Source: Myxococcota bacterium (GTDB taxonomy: Bacteria; Myxococcota_A; UBA9160; UBA4427). Taken from it: a stretch of DNA of 64,000 nucleotides. Made by a program: the position numbers and the translations under genes. The stretch spans positions 43,777 through 107,776 of the forward strand of contig JAYZFK010000034.1 in assembly GCA_036336835.1 (NCBI GenBank). The letters are read 5' to 3'. Below, piece after piece: positions 39,695 through 49,200 of the stretch. Numbering within the stretch: the first letter of the stretch is position 1; each line of letters starts with the position of its first letter. Under the pieces are notes generated by a model. It was not told where the DNA came from, made no database searches, and saw only the letters and a program-made list of their open reading frames with translations.

Positions 39695-40843
39695 GTGCGG
39701 GTCCGGCTGATCGACCTCGAACCCCGGCTGCGCGCCGTGCGGCCCCAGCTCGACGCGGCGATCGCGCGTGTCCTCGATCGCGGCCGCTTCGTGCTGGGCG
39801 AAGAGGGCGAGCGCTTCGAGTCGGCATTTGCCGCGCTCACGGGGGCGGAGCATGCGATCGGCTGTGCCTCGGGCTCCGACGCCCTGCTGTTGTCGCTGCT
39901 CTCGCTCGGAATCGGCCCAGGCGATCAAGTGATCGTGCCCTCGCTCACGTTCGTGTCCAGCGCGACAGCAGTCACGCGACTGGGTGCGGAGGTGGTCTTC
40001 GCGGATATCGACGGCGAGAGCCTCACCCTCGATCCGGCGAGCGTGGCCGAGGCGGCGGCGCTCTGCACGAGGCTACGCGCGATCGTGCCCGTCCACCTGT
40101 TCGGTCGCTGCGCCGAAGGAGACGCCCTGCGCGCAGTCGCCGAACGAAGCGGCGCCACACTCGTCTACGATGCCGCCCAGGCGGTGGGGTCTCGCGACGA
40201 GAAGGGAGCGCCGCCAGGGGCGAGCGGCGAGCTCACGACCTTCAGCTTCTACCCAACCAAGAACCTCGGCGCGCTGGGCGATGCGGGAGCCGTCACGACG
40301 AGTGACTCCGCGCACGCGGCGCGTCTGCGGGCTTTGCGCGTCCATGGTGCGGGACAGCCCGATCACCGACCGGGCGTCGGAATCAACTCGCGGCTCGACG
40401 AGCTCCAGGCCGCAGCATTGCTCGTCCTGCTCCCCGGACTCGAACAGGACGTGGTTCGACGCAATGACGGCGCCGACGACTACGACGCCCGCTTCGCCGC
40501 GGCCGCGGCCGACGAACTCGGTCTGCGGACACCGCGACGGCCCGGCCCGGGCGCTCGTCATGCGTTCCATCAGTACGTGATCCGGGTGCCCGCACACCGA
40601 CGCGACGCGCTGGCGGCCGCACTGGCCCATGCTGGAATCGAAACCGCTCGCTACTACCGTGTCCCGCTGCACCGGCAGCCGGCGTTCCAGGCGCGACGCG
40701 TTCTCGACGCACCACTCGCGGAGACGGAGAGAGTCGCACGCGAGCTACTCGCACTACCCGTCCACGCCGGCGTTGGCGACGCCGAGCGCCACCACGTCGT
40801 CACCACCGCGACCGATTGCCTGCGCCGCACCGCGACGGGCTAG
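39695..40843 (+). CDS. DegT/DnrJ/EryC1/StrS PLP-dependent sugar aminotransferase
   Basis: GCASGSDAL, PVHLFG, DAAQAVG, FSFYPTKNLGALGDAG (PLP lysine) and NSRLDELQAA. Confidence 0.92.
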   Translation: MRVRLIDLEPRLRAVRPQLDAAIARVLDRGRFVLGEEGERFESAFAALTGAEHAIGCASGSDALLLSLLSLGIGPGDQVIVPSLTFVSSATAVTRLGAEVVFADIDGESLTLDPASVAEAAALCTRLRAIVPVHLFGRCAEGDALRAVAERSGATLVYDAAQAVGSRDEKGAPPGASGELTTFSFYPTKNLGALGDAGAVTTSDSAHAARLRALRVHGAGQPDHRPGVGINSRLDELQAAALLVLLPGLEQDVVRRNDGADDYDARFAAAAADELGLRTPRRPGPGARHAFHQYVIRVPAHRRDALAAALAHAGIETARYYRVPLHRQPAFQARRVLDAPLAETERVARELLALPVHAGVGDAERHHVVTTATDCLRRTATG

Positions 40844-40937
40844 CCGGCTGCTCCTGCTAGCGTCTTGCGGAGCCCGGAGGATCTCGAGGCGTGGGTGAAC
40901 GAGGGCTACGAAGCCGTCTGACTCACACGGGGACCGC

Positions 40938-43577
40938 GTGAAGCTGAGCACCGAAGAGGGGCGCCGCAACGCCGAGCGTCGGCGGCGAGCGAGACGGCTG
41001 CGCAGACGACGAGCCCTGCGGATAGGCGCAGTGGCGGCCACTGTCCTCGCGCTGGTCGCGACCCTCGGCTCGAGCCTGGGCGGCGGCGCGGATGGCGGGC
41101 CCGGCCTGCGCGGCTGGGCATCGGCCGCGCGCAACTTCGCTCGCGCGCAGCTGACGACGGCACCGATCGATTTGCTGCGCATCGATATCAAGTTCAAGCA
41201 CCTGCACCGGATTCATCTCAAACGCGACGAGGCACTCGCCCGCGGCATGCTGATCGCGGAGGACGAGGATTTCGTGGTGGGCTCGGTTGCGCATAGTGGG
41301 GCAAGCGTTCCGGTCCGCCTGCGCCTGATCGGCCCCGAACTCGAGCATCTCGAGCGTGACCCGTGGTCGCTCGAGATCCGCGTGCAGGGCGACGCGCACA
41401 TCGAGGGGATGCGTCGCTTCGCGCTGCACGCACCCGAGGCTGCGGGCGGAGTCCTCCCGCTCGTCGCAGCCGAACAGCTCGAACGGGCCGGACTCGCCGC
41501 GCCGCGAACGTCGTTGGTCGAGGTAGCGGTCAACGGCGACGAGCTCGGGCTGGCCGTGCTCATCGAGCTTCCGTCGCTCGAGCTGCTGCAAGCGCGGGGC
41601 TTCGGAGAATCGCCCGTCGTACACCTCGATTCGCGCGCCTACTGGAAGGCATCCGCCGACAACGGCCGTCCCGGACCCTTCGACAACCCGTTCACCGCGT
41701 CGATCGTCGCGAACCGGGATGGCGATGACACTGCGACCGCCACCGCAATCGGGCTGCTTCGCGGGTTCCTCGACGGCGCGCTCTCGACGAGCCAGGTCTT
41801 CGACCTCGACGCCACGGCGCGCTGGCTGGCGGCGGTCGAGCTCTGGGGCGACGCCAGCTGCGTTCACTGGACCCGGGCGCACTTCTTCCTCGATTCGCTG
41901 ACGGCCAGGCTCGCTCCCATTCCGGCCCTGCCGACTCGACGACAGCCGTTGCGACGGGATCCGTCCGAACCCCGCGGCGAGCTGCTCACCGCGCGCAGTG
42001 AGCTCGGGGCGCGACTGCTCTCGGACGACGAGTTACGCCATCGGCTGGCGGGCGAGCTGCGTGCGCTGGCCGGCCAGCTCGACACCACAGACGGGTCCGC
42101 AAGCCTGCAGAGCGTGCTCGAACGACGCCAGGAGCAGGCGCTGCTGCGGCTCCACCGCTCTGCCCCCTTCGCGCGCGCCATTCGCCTCTCCGCACGCGTA
42201 GAGCGACTCGCCTCGCTCACGGACATCGATGCGGAGCGCGACACCTGGTTTGCCCCCAGCCTGGCTCGCGGCGAGCTGTCGCTGCCCAGCATCGTCGCCG
42301 CCTACGCACGAAGCGATGACCAGGGCGCGTACCTCGATCTCCACAACCTGCTCCCAGTTCCGGTGTGGGTGTCGACACTGCGCCACGACGACGGCGATGG
42401 CAGCGAGGGCACGCCGGTGACCCTCTCATCGCGCGTGATCTTTCCGATCCGGCTCGAACCGACGCCGGTCGGCCAACCCGCGCAGCCGGTGCGGGTGCGC
42501 TATCGCCAGCCCAACGCCGCCGCGGTCTCCGAGACGATCCGCGGGGTCGCGCGAATAGCCGGCGACCACCGCGTGTTCGTCTTCCTCGCCAGCAGCGCGC
42601 CGGCGGCTCTGCTCGCCCACCCGATTCCGACCGCCACGCTGGACCAGGTGCTGGCACAGCACCCTTTCCTGCATCGCGAGCCCGGCGACCTCGCGCTCCA
42701 CACGCAGCCCGGTCGCTTCGAGGTGAGCGGCTCACTGGTGATGCCACCGGCCATGGCGCTGGTCATCGAGCCGGGAACCGAGCTGGTATTCGGCGCTCGC
42801 GGCGCGCTGATCAGCAGCGGGCCGCTCGATCTCCGCGGCACCGTCGACGAGCCGGTGGTCCTGCGCGGCGCGGACGGTCGACGCGGACCTCGCTGGCAGG
42901 GGCTCGTCTTGCTGCAATCGTCCCGGCCATCGACCTGGTCGCACGTCGACATCCGGCACACGACGGGCGTCGAACGACGCGGTTGGCGGCTTCCGGCCGG
43001 CGTGACGATCCGGCGAGCGACGGTCCGGCTCGATTCGGTCCGAATCACCGGGAGCCGAGCGGACGCGGCACTCGCGGCCATCGACGCGGAGCTCGACGCC
43101 TCCGGTCTCACGATCGAGGAGAGCGCCGGAACGGCGCTGGCGCTCCGCACCACGCGTGCTCAGCTGCGGGGACTCACGCTGGTCGGCACCGGACGCCACG
43201 GCTTGGCGGTCCACGGCTCGCAGGTCGCGCTGAGCGGCGGCTCAATGCGCCGGATCCACGCGTCCGCGCTCGAGGCCGCCGATGCCAGCCAACTCGAGGC
43301 CGAGGGTGTCGAGATCGACGGTGCCAGCATCGCCGCCTCCTCCAGGAACGGCTCTCACCTCAAGCTGAGTGGGGCCCAGATCCGTGGAATCGCTCATGTT
43401 CCGTTCCTGGCCTTCACGGACCGCCCCGAGCTCGGCGGCGGCGAGATCGAGGCCCGGGACAACCAGATCGAGACGCAGCAGCCCATCGCGATCGCGCAGC
43501 GCGGCAGTCGTGCCGTAATCGACGGCAGCGAGACCGAGCCGGTCGATGCGGCCATCGGTGAGCTTCGCTTCGACTGA
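40938..43577 (+). CDS. Membrane-anchored protein with a degenerate CotH-kinase-like domain and a C-terminal right-handed parallel beta-helix, 879 aa
   Basis: Arg-rich N-terminus followed by a TM helix. CotH-like RLIG..EHL...WSLEI...GMRRFAL and VEVAVNGDELGL. C-terminal LVIEPGTELVF...LRGTVDEPVVL...WQGL and repetitive beta-helix coils. Confidence 0.65.
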   Translation: MKLSTEEGRRNAERRRRARRLRRRRALRIGAVAATVLALVATLGSSLGGGADGGPGLRGWASAARNFARAQLTTAPIDLLRIDIKFKHLHRIHLKRDEALARGMLIAEDEDFVVGSVAHSGASVPVRLRLIGPELEHLERDPWSLEIRVQGDAHIEGMRRFALHAPEAAGGVLPLVAAEQLERAGLAAPRTSLVEVAVNGDELGLAVLIELPSLELLQARGFGESPVVHLDSRAYWKASADNGRPGPFDNPFTASIVANRDGDDTATATAIGLLRGFLDGALSTSQVFDLDATARWLAAVELWGDASCVHWTRAHFFLDSLTARLAPIPALPTRRQPLRRDPSEPRGELLTARSELGARLLSDDELRHRLAGELRALAGQLDTTDGSASLQSVLERRQEQALLRLHRSAPFARAIRLSARVERLASLTDIDAERDTWFAPSLARGELSLPSIVAAYARSDDQGAYLDLHNLLPVPVWVSTLRHDDGDGSEGTPVTLSSRVIFPIRLEPTPVGQPAQPVRVRYRQPNAAAVSETIRGVARIAGDHRVFVFLASSAPAALLAHPIPTATLDQVLAQHPFLHREPGDLALHTQPGRFEVSGSLVMPPAMALVIEPGTELVFGARGALISSGPLDLRGTVDEPVVLRGADGRRGPRWQGLVLLQSSRPSTWSHVDIRHTTGVERRGWRLPAGVTIRRATVRLDSVRITGSRADAALAAIDAELDASGLTIEESAGTALALRTTRAQLRGLTLVGTGRHGLAVHGSQVALSGGSMRRIHASALEAADASQLEAEGVEIDGASIAASSRNGSHLKLSGAQIRGIAHVPFLAFTDRPELGGGEIEARDNQIETQQPIAIAQRGSRAVIDGSETEPVDAAIGELRFD

Positions 43578-43947
43578 TGCTCAGCGCTCGCGACCGTTGG
43601 CCCAGCGCATCGACTGACCAAGAGTTATCTCGCTGGGGGCTGTACCCCGCGACTGACTGACTACGAGTCATCCCGCCGCGGCCGTGGAAATGGAAATCCA
43701 CCAGCAAAATCCCTATAAGATGGGCTCCCGTCGCCTCGGAGGCGGGGTCCCCTCAGGCGTCAGGCCGTGGATGCTTCGTTGAGTTCGTCGGTGGTGTCGC
43801 TCACGACGTAGCAGCGGTGAACGGAACGCGTGTCGAGAGACCCGATGCGCCCGGCCGCACCGAATCCGCGGCACACGAGCCGGGTCCAAGGGCGAAGGCG
43901 CCCGGAGTGATCGCTCCGGGTTACACAAGAGAGAGACGATCACGGGA

Positions 43948-46206
43948 ATGACGACTTCGAACAGTATGCTTCGCCGACCGGTGGCCTTGAACGCCATCGC
44001 GTGGTCGATGATCGGTCTGTTCGCGGCCTTCGTATTCTCGCGCTCACACACCGCGATCGCCGAGTGGCTCGAGCCCGTCCGGGCCGAGATCCCGGGCTGG
44101 CCGGTCGTCAGCCTGGGAGTTCCCGCGAACGATCCGCTCCCCGAGTATCATCTCGTCGTCGCCCCCGAGGTGCTGCGCGCGGCCCGCCTGATGCTCCCGA
44201 GCCAGCCGGCCGCGGCAGCGGATCACTGGTGGTTCCCCGCTCGCCTGCTGGCTGACTCGACGCCCTACGAAGTCGAGGCCCAGATCGTGGTACAGCCCCG
44301 AATCGGCGAAGGGCTGCGACTGCGCTTCCGCGGGCGAGAACGACCGCTGGGCGCGCGGGCGCTGGAATTCCAGCCGGCCAGCCCCGAGCGCGACATCCTC
44401 GACCAGGTCGCGCGCGAGGCCGCCGCCGAGATCGGTCTGCTCGCCGCGCCGGGCGGCTTCGCACACCTGCGCATCAACGGCGGTAACCCCGGGCTCGTCC
44501 ACTGGCGCGAGGGAAACAGCACGGCCATGTTGCAGCGCCTGGGCCTCCCGCCCGGGGCCATCTTCCGCGCGACGACCAACTCCGCCCGCGGTCATGCGGA
44601 CAGGCACCTGCCCCGAGAGTACGTCGCGGCATCTCCTGGCCGCACGCGACGCGCACACGCGGACGCGCTCGCGCGCTTCGTCGAGCTCGTGCGCAACGCC
44701 GACGACGAACGCTTCCGCGGCGAGATCGCGAACGTCGTCGATGTCGATCAGGTGCTGGCCTGGAACGCGATCGCACTGTTCTTCTCGGATCCGGCGGGCG
44801 GTGACACCGCCCTGCCCGACGCGCCCGACTGGTACTTCGATACGATCAGCGGACTGCTGCGACCGATCATCCGCAGTCTCGTCGCTACGCCGGTCGAGCG
44901 AGCGCTGCCGCGCGACGCACAGCAGCTCGTCAGCCGGCTACTAGAAGCCCCGGCGTTCCGCGCGCAGCGCGACGCGCTGCTGCGCAGCTGGGTCGGTGTA
45001 ACGCGCTCGGAGCGGCTCGAGGCTGCCGATGAGCGCCTCGGCGTGTGGGCTTCCACGCTTGCCGCGAGCGGCGCGCCGTTCGCGCGGATTGCCGAACTCG
45101 CACGGCTCGCGGAGCTACGGCGATCGGTGCGCCACGCGATGGACACGAGGGTGGCGGCACTCCGGCGGCTGGTCGGCCCCGGCTCACCGCCCGCAACGCG
45201 CGCGGTACTCGCATCGGCATCGCAAGGGACATCCTCGCCCCAGACGATCACGGACTGGGCCGAGCACACCGGACTGGCACTGCGCATCGAGGGCGATGCG
45301 GTGGTGGTACCGGCCGGAACGCATCACATCGGGAGCACACTCGTCGTTCCCCAGACACACCGGCTCGTGATCGAGCCCGGCGCGCGTCTGGTGATGGCAC
45401 CCGACGCGAGCGTGCTGACCTTTCGGCGCCTCGAAGCGGTCGGCACCCGCAAGTCCCCCATCGAGATCCGTGCGCTCGATCCCAGCGAGCCCTGGGGATC
45501 GATCGGTGTGGCCCGCGCTCCCGGGAGATCGGAGCTCGCCTATGTCACGGTGTCAGGCGGCTCGAACGCGCGGCTCGCCGGCATCGAGTTCACCGGTGAC
45601 CTCGCCTTCCACGCAAGCGACGTGGTAATCCGCGACTGCGATGTGCGCGATGGCCACGGCGACGACGCCATGAGCGTGCGCCGCGGATCCTTCCACGTCA
45701 CGCGAACGCGCTTCATCGACAGCGCATCGGACGGCTTCGATGCCGAGTGGTCGCGGGGCTCGATCGAGCAGAGCCTGTTCGCAAACAACGGTGACGACGG
45801 ACTCGACCTCGCCACCTCGGAGGTCCGGGTACACCGCAGCTGGTTCCGGCGGATGGGCGACAAGGCGATCAGCGCCGGCGAGCGCAGCCGGGTCACGATC
45901 AGCGACTCTCGCCTCGTCGACTCGCAGATCGCGATCGCTGCGAAGGAAGACTCACGGGTCGAGATCGAGGGCAGCGAGTTCCGTCGCAACGAGATCGGCA
46001 TCTCTCTCTACCGCGACAATCGCGTCTTCGGCAGCGGCTACGGCACCATCAGCGGCGGGCTATTCGCCGAGAACCTGCGCGACTTTGCTGTCGAAACAGG
46101 CTCCGGACTCACGCTCAACGGAGTGGAGCGCCGCGAGAGCGATGCGTCCGGCATCGTGATCGGCTCGCGCGACACCTCGGGCTCGATGCCCTCCGCGCTC
46201 CAGTAG
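43948..46206 (+). CDS. Paralogous membrane-anchored degenerate CotH-like + right-handed beta-helix protein, 752 aa
   Basis: N-terminal TM. AHLRINGGNPGL, VDVDQVLAW and WYFDTISGLLRPI. C-terminal LVIEPGARL...GTRKSPI...WGSI, GDDAM, SDGFD, GDDGLD, GDKAISAGE and IAAKEDS repeats. Confidence 0.68.
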   Translation: MTTSNSMLRRPVALNAIAWSMIGLFAAFVFSRSHTAIAEWLEPVRAEIPGWPVVSLGVPANDPLPEYHLVVAPEVLRAARLMLPSQPAAAADHWWFPARLLADSTPYEVEAQIVVQPRIGEGLRLRFRGRERPLGARALEFQPASPERDILDQVAREAAAEIGLLAAPGGFAHLRINGGNPGLVHWREGNSTAMLQRLGLPPGAIFRATTNSARGHADRHLPREYVAASPGRTRRAHADALARFVELVRNADDERFRGEIANVVDVDQVLAWNAIALFFSDPAGGDTALPDAPDWYFDTISGLLRPIIRSLVATPVERALPRDAQQLVSRLLEAPAFRAQRDALLRSWVGVTRSERLEAADERLGVWASTLAASGAPFARIAELARLAELRRSVRHAMDTRVAALRRLVGPGSPPATRAVLASASQGTSSPQTITDWAEHTGLALRIEGDAVVVPAGTHHIGSTLVVPQTHRLVIEPGARLVMAPDASVLTFRRLEAVGTRKSPIEIRALDPSEPWGSIGVARAPGRSELAYVTVSGGSNARLAGIEFTGDLAFHASDVVIRDCDVRDGHGDDAMSVRRGSFHVTRTRFIDSASDGFDAEWSRGSIEQSLFANNGDDGLDLATSEVRVHRSWFRRMGDKAISAGERSRVTISDSRLVDSQIAIAAKEDSRVEIEGSEFRRNEIGISLYRDNRVFGSGYGTISGGLFAENLRDFAVETGSGLTLNGVERRESDASGIVIGSRDTSGSMPSALQ

Positions 46207-46235
46207 CCGTATCGGGGCTACGCTTCCGGCCGCTG

Positions 46236-49200
46236 ATGCAGCCGTCCCCCTCCTGTTGCCCCGCGCCCCGACACCTCGCTGTGCTGGCGGTCCAGTGCAT
46301 CTGCCTGCTCGCCAGCGCGCCGCGCGCCGGGGCTGAGAAGCCACTGCCATTCCCAGCCGACTGGCAAGCCACGGTCGAAGAAACGTTCTTCGAGGGGGGC
46401 CAGATCTCGACGGCGAAGCTCGCCACCTACCGGTTACAGCTCGAACAACGCCGGCGCGAGGCGACGCAGGTCCTGGTTGCCGACTACCGCGACCGCGGCA
46501 AGAGCAACAAGGCAATCCGCAAGCGGTTGCGGCGAAAGAAGCTGCTCGTCGTCTACGGGCTGGTGCTCGGCGACACTGGACAGCTCGGAATGCTCGATCA
46601 GCTCCGCGACGAGCCAGACCCGTCGAATGCTCGACTACTCGCATCGCAGATCCTCGAGATCGACTACGCGTTGCTCGTCCAGGGCGAGCGCCCGAGCAGC
46701 CTCAATATCATCTCCTCCCTGTCGTGGGCCGCTCTGTGGCAATGGGTCGTCGAGGCCTCCTCGCTCGCCGACCAGGCCGATCGCGAGGCCAGCAACCTGT
46801 TTGATCCCGAAACGGGCATGTACTACACGCCCGAGGACCTGCGAGCGATGATCGAAGCCGGGGAGGACATCTCCGCCCTCCAGCCCCCACCCGATTCGAG
46901 CTTCTGGCGGTCGGGCACACCCATCGCGCAGCGTTCGGTACGGAAGATGTTCTACGGCGGCGGTGCCGCACTCCACGCGAATCGCGAAGCGGACTTTCCG
47001 CTGCAGAGAGCGCGGCTGGACAAGATTCGTCTATCGCAGACCAAGCCCAAGTTCCAGCTCGAAGTCCAGGACGGAGACTCGCGAAGGACCTTCAAGCTCA
47101 AGGTCGGCGGAGAGATCCACTCCGAGCCCACCGTCAACGCGCTGCTTGCAACCCTCGGATTCAACGTCGACCTGACCCACTACATCCGAGACTTTCGACT
47201 CGACCTCGACGACCAGACCTCGGTCGAGGATTTGCGCCACGATTGGCGCTCGTACTTCGAAAACCGCCGAACACACAACCGCTTTGCCTTCGACGACTAC
47301 TTCGTCGAAGGCGAGGACGAGGCGGGGCGCTATCTGCTCGTGCGAGAAGGCGTCCTCGAGTGGAAGCCGCCCGAGATCATCCGGATCGGCCCATGGCCGT
47401 TCGGCGGCAACGGCAACGAGGGCCTTCGCGAGGTGCGAGGGCTCGGGCTGTTCAGCATCTGGGTGGGCAATACCGACCTGAAAGAGGCCGAGAACAACAA
47501 GCTCGCGATGCGCACGGACGAGCCGCTCGGATCCGGCTTCTATCACGTCCACCACGATCTCGGGCACTCGCTGGGCCGCATGATCCGCGAGCAGATCGAA
47601 GCCTTCCCCTGGGATCTCGTCGACCGCACCCCCAGCGGTCGGATCAAGTTCAACTACCACAGCGTCCAGCCCAGCTCGCTGCGCGGCATGATCACCTGGG
47701 CGGACGCGCGCTGGATGACGAGGCAAATTGCGCAGCTCACGAAGCGCCAGATCGCACAAACTGTGGCAATCGGACGATGGCCGCGGGCGGCGGGGCAGCT
47801 GCTGACCGAGAAGCTCGCGAGCCGACGCAACCAGCTGGTAATCGCCTTCGACCTGCTCGGCGAGCAGACCCCGTCGGGCTCCATCGACCTGCTTCCCGTC
47901 GACCGGAACCTCACGACCGACGACGGCGCCGTGCGCGACGGCAAGCTCGTGACCGGTCGCTTCGAGGGATCGACGCAGGAATTCGACAACTACTGGGAGG
48001 AGATGCTCGGCCCCGTCTGGGACCGTGCGCTCCTGTTCGTGATGGCGCAGGTTCAGCGCACCGTCGGCTCGGTGCCCGAGATCGTGTTCGACGAACGCTC
48101 GGTCGGTTTCCCAAAGGGCCTGATCCTTGAGCTACTCGTCAACTTCAAGCGGACGACTGCAGAGAACTCAAGCCCGACCAGTGCCCGGGACTACTACGTC
48201 ACGAACGACTCGTTTCTGCTGGGCGCTCGGCTTGGCGGCGGCTTCGTGGCGCGCGGCGAGGTGGCCTATTACCGCAGATACTCGTTGATCTCGCCGGCCG
48301 GTACCCAGGGCGAGGCGCAGTACGCGGACAACACGATCTTCAACCTGCTCCTGCCCTGGAAGATCCACAAGGGTGAGTTTCCGGAGGAGTATGTGATGGT
48401 GCGTGAAGACTTCCTCGAGGTCCGAACACGCGTGATCACAGACGACATCAGCGGTGGATCGGCCGTGGCCGGCGCCCAGGTGACCGCGGCGCGGGTGCGA
48501 CTGTCGCGGGACGTCGTGTCCGTCCGGAAGGACCGGACACGCGCCTATCACGATGTCAGCGTGTTCGACGAGACCGGGTTCCGCGCGTTCCTCAAGGCGG
48601 TGTTCGTGCGCATTCCGCTCGCCACCTATTCGAGCCGCTGGGGCAAGCGCCGCGGCGACCTGTACGACCTGAGCGACGCACTCGCGGAGCATCCCGAAGC
48701 GGCCCGGTCGGCCCTGGCTGCGTTCATCCGCAGCGGCGACATGGCGGGGCTCGATGCTGTCGCGGACCGCACCGAAATCCAGACCGAGTTCCAGTACCGT
48801 ACGCAGGAGATCGGCCTGCTCGATTTCGTCTCGGGCAAAGAAGGCACCGAGCGCGAGGAGGTCGTGCTACGCGACCCGCTCTCCGAACAGCCGCCGCTCG
48901 ACTCGTTTCGACAGATCCAGGTCTTCCGGCGCAACTTCTGGAAGCTGATCGACTTCCGGGAGACCTATCGCTGGAACGTACAGACGGTGACGACGATCGA
49001 CGCCGAGCAGCCCCCGCCGATCCTGCTCCGGTTCGTCGACAGCGACGTCGACACCTGGTCGTCCGAACTCGGCGGCGACTACATCGGCTTCATCAACGAG
49101 ATTGCGGGCGCAGGCGGATCGGAATCGGGTCACCGCGATGCGATCGCCTTCACGCCCGAGCTCCACAGCGCCAATCGACGCTGGGGCCACATACACTCGA

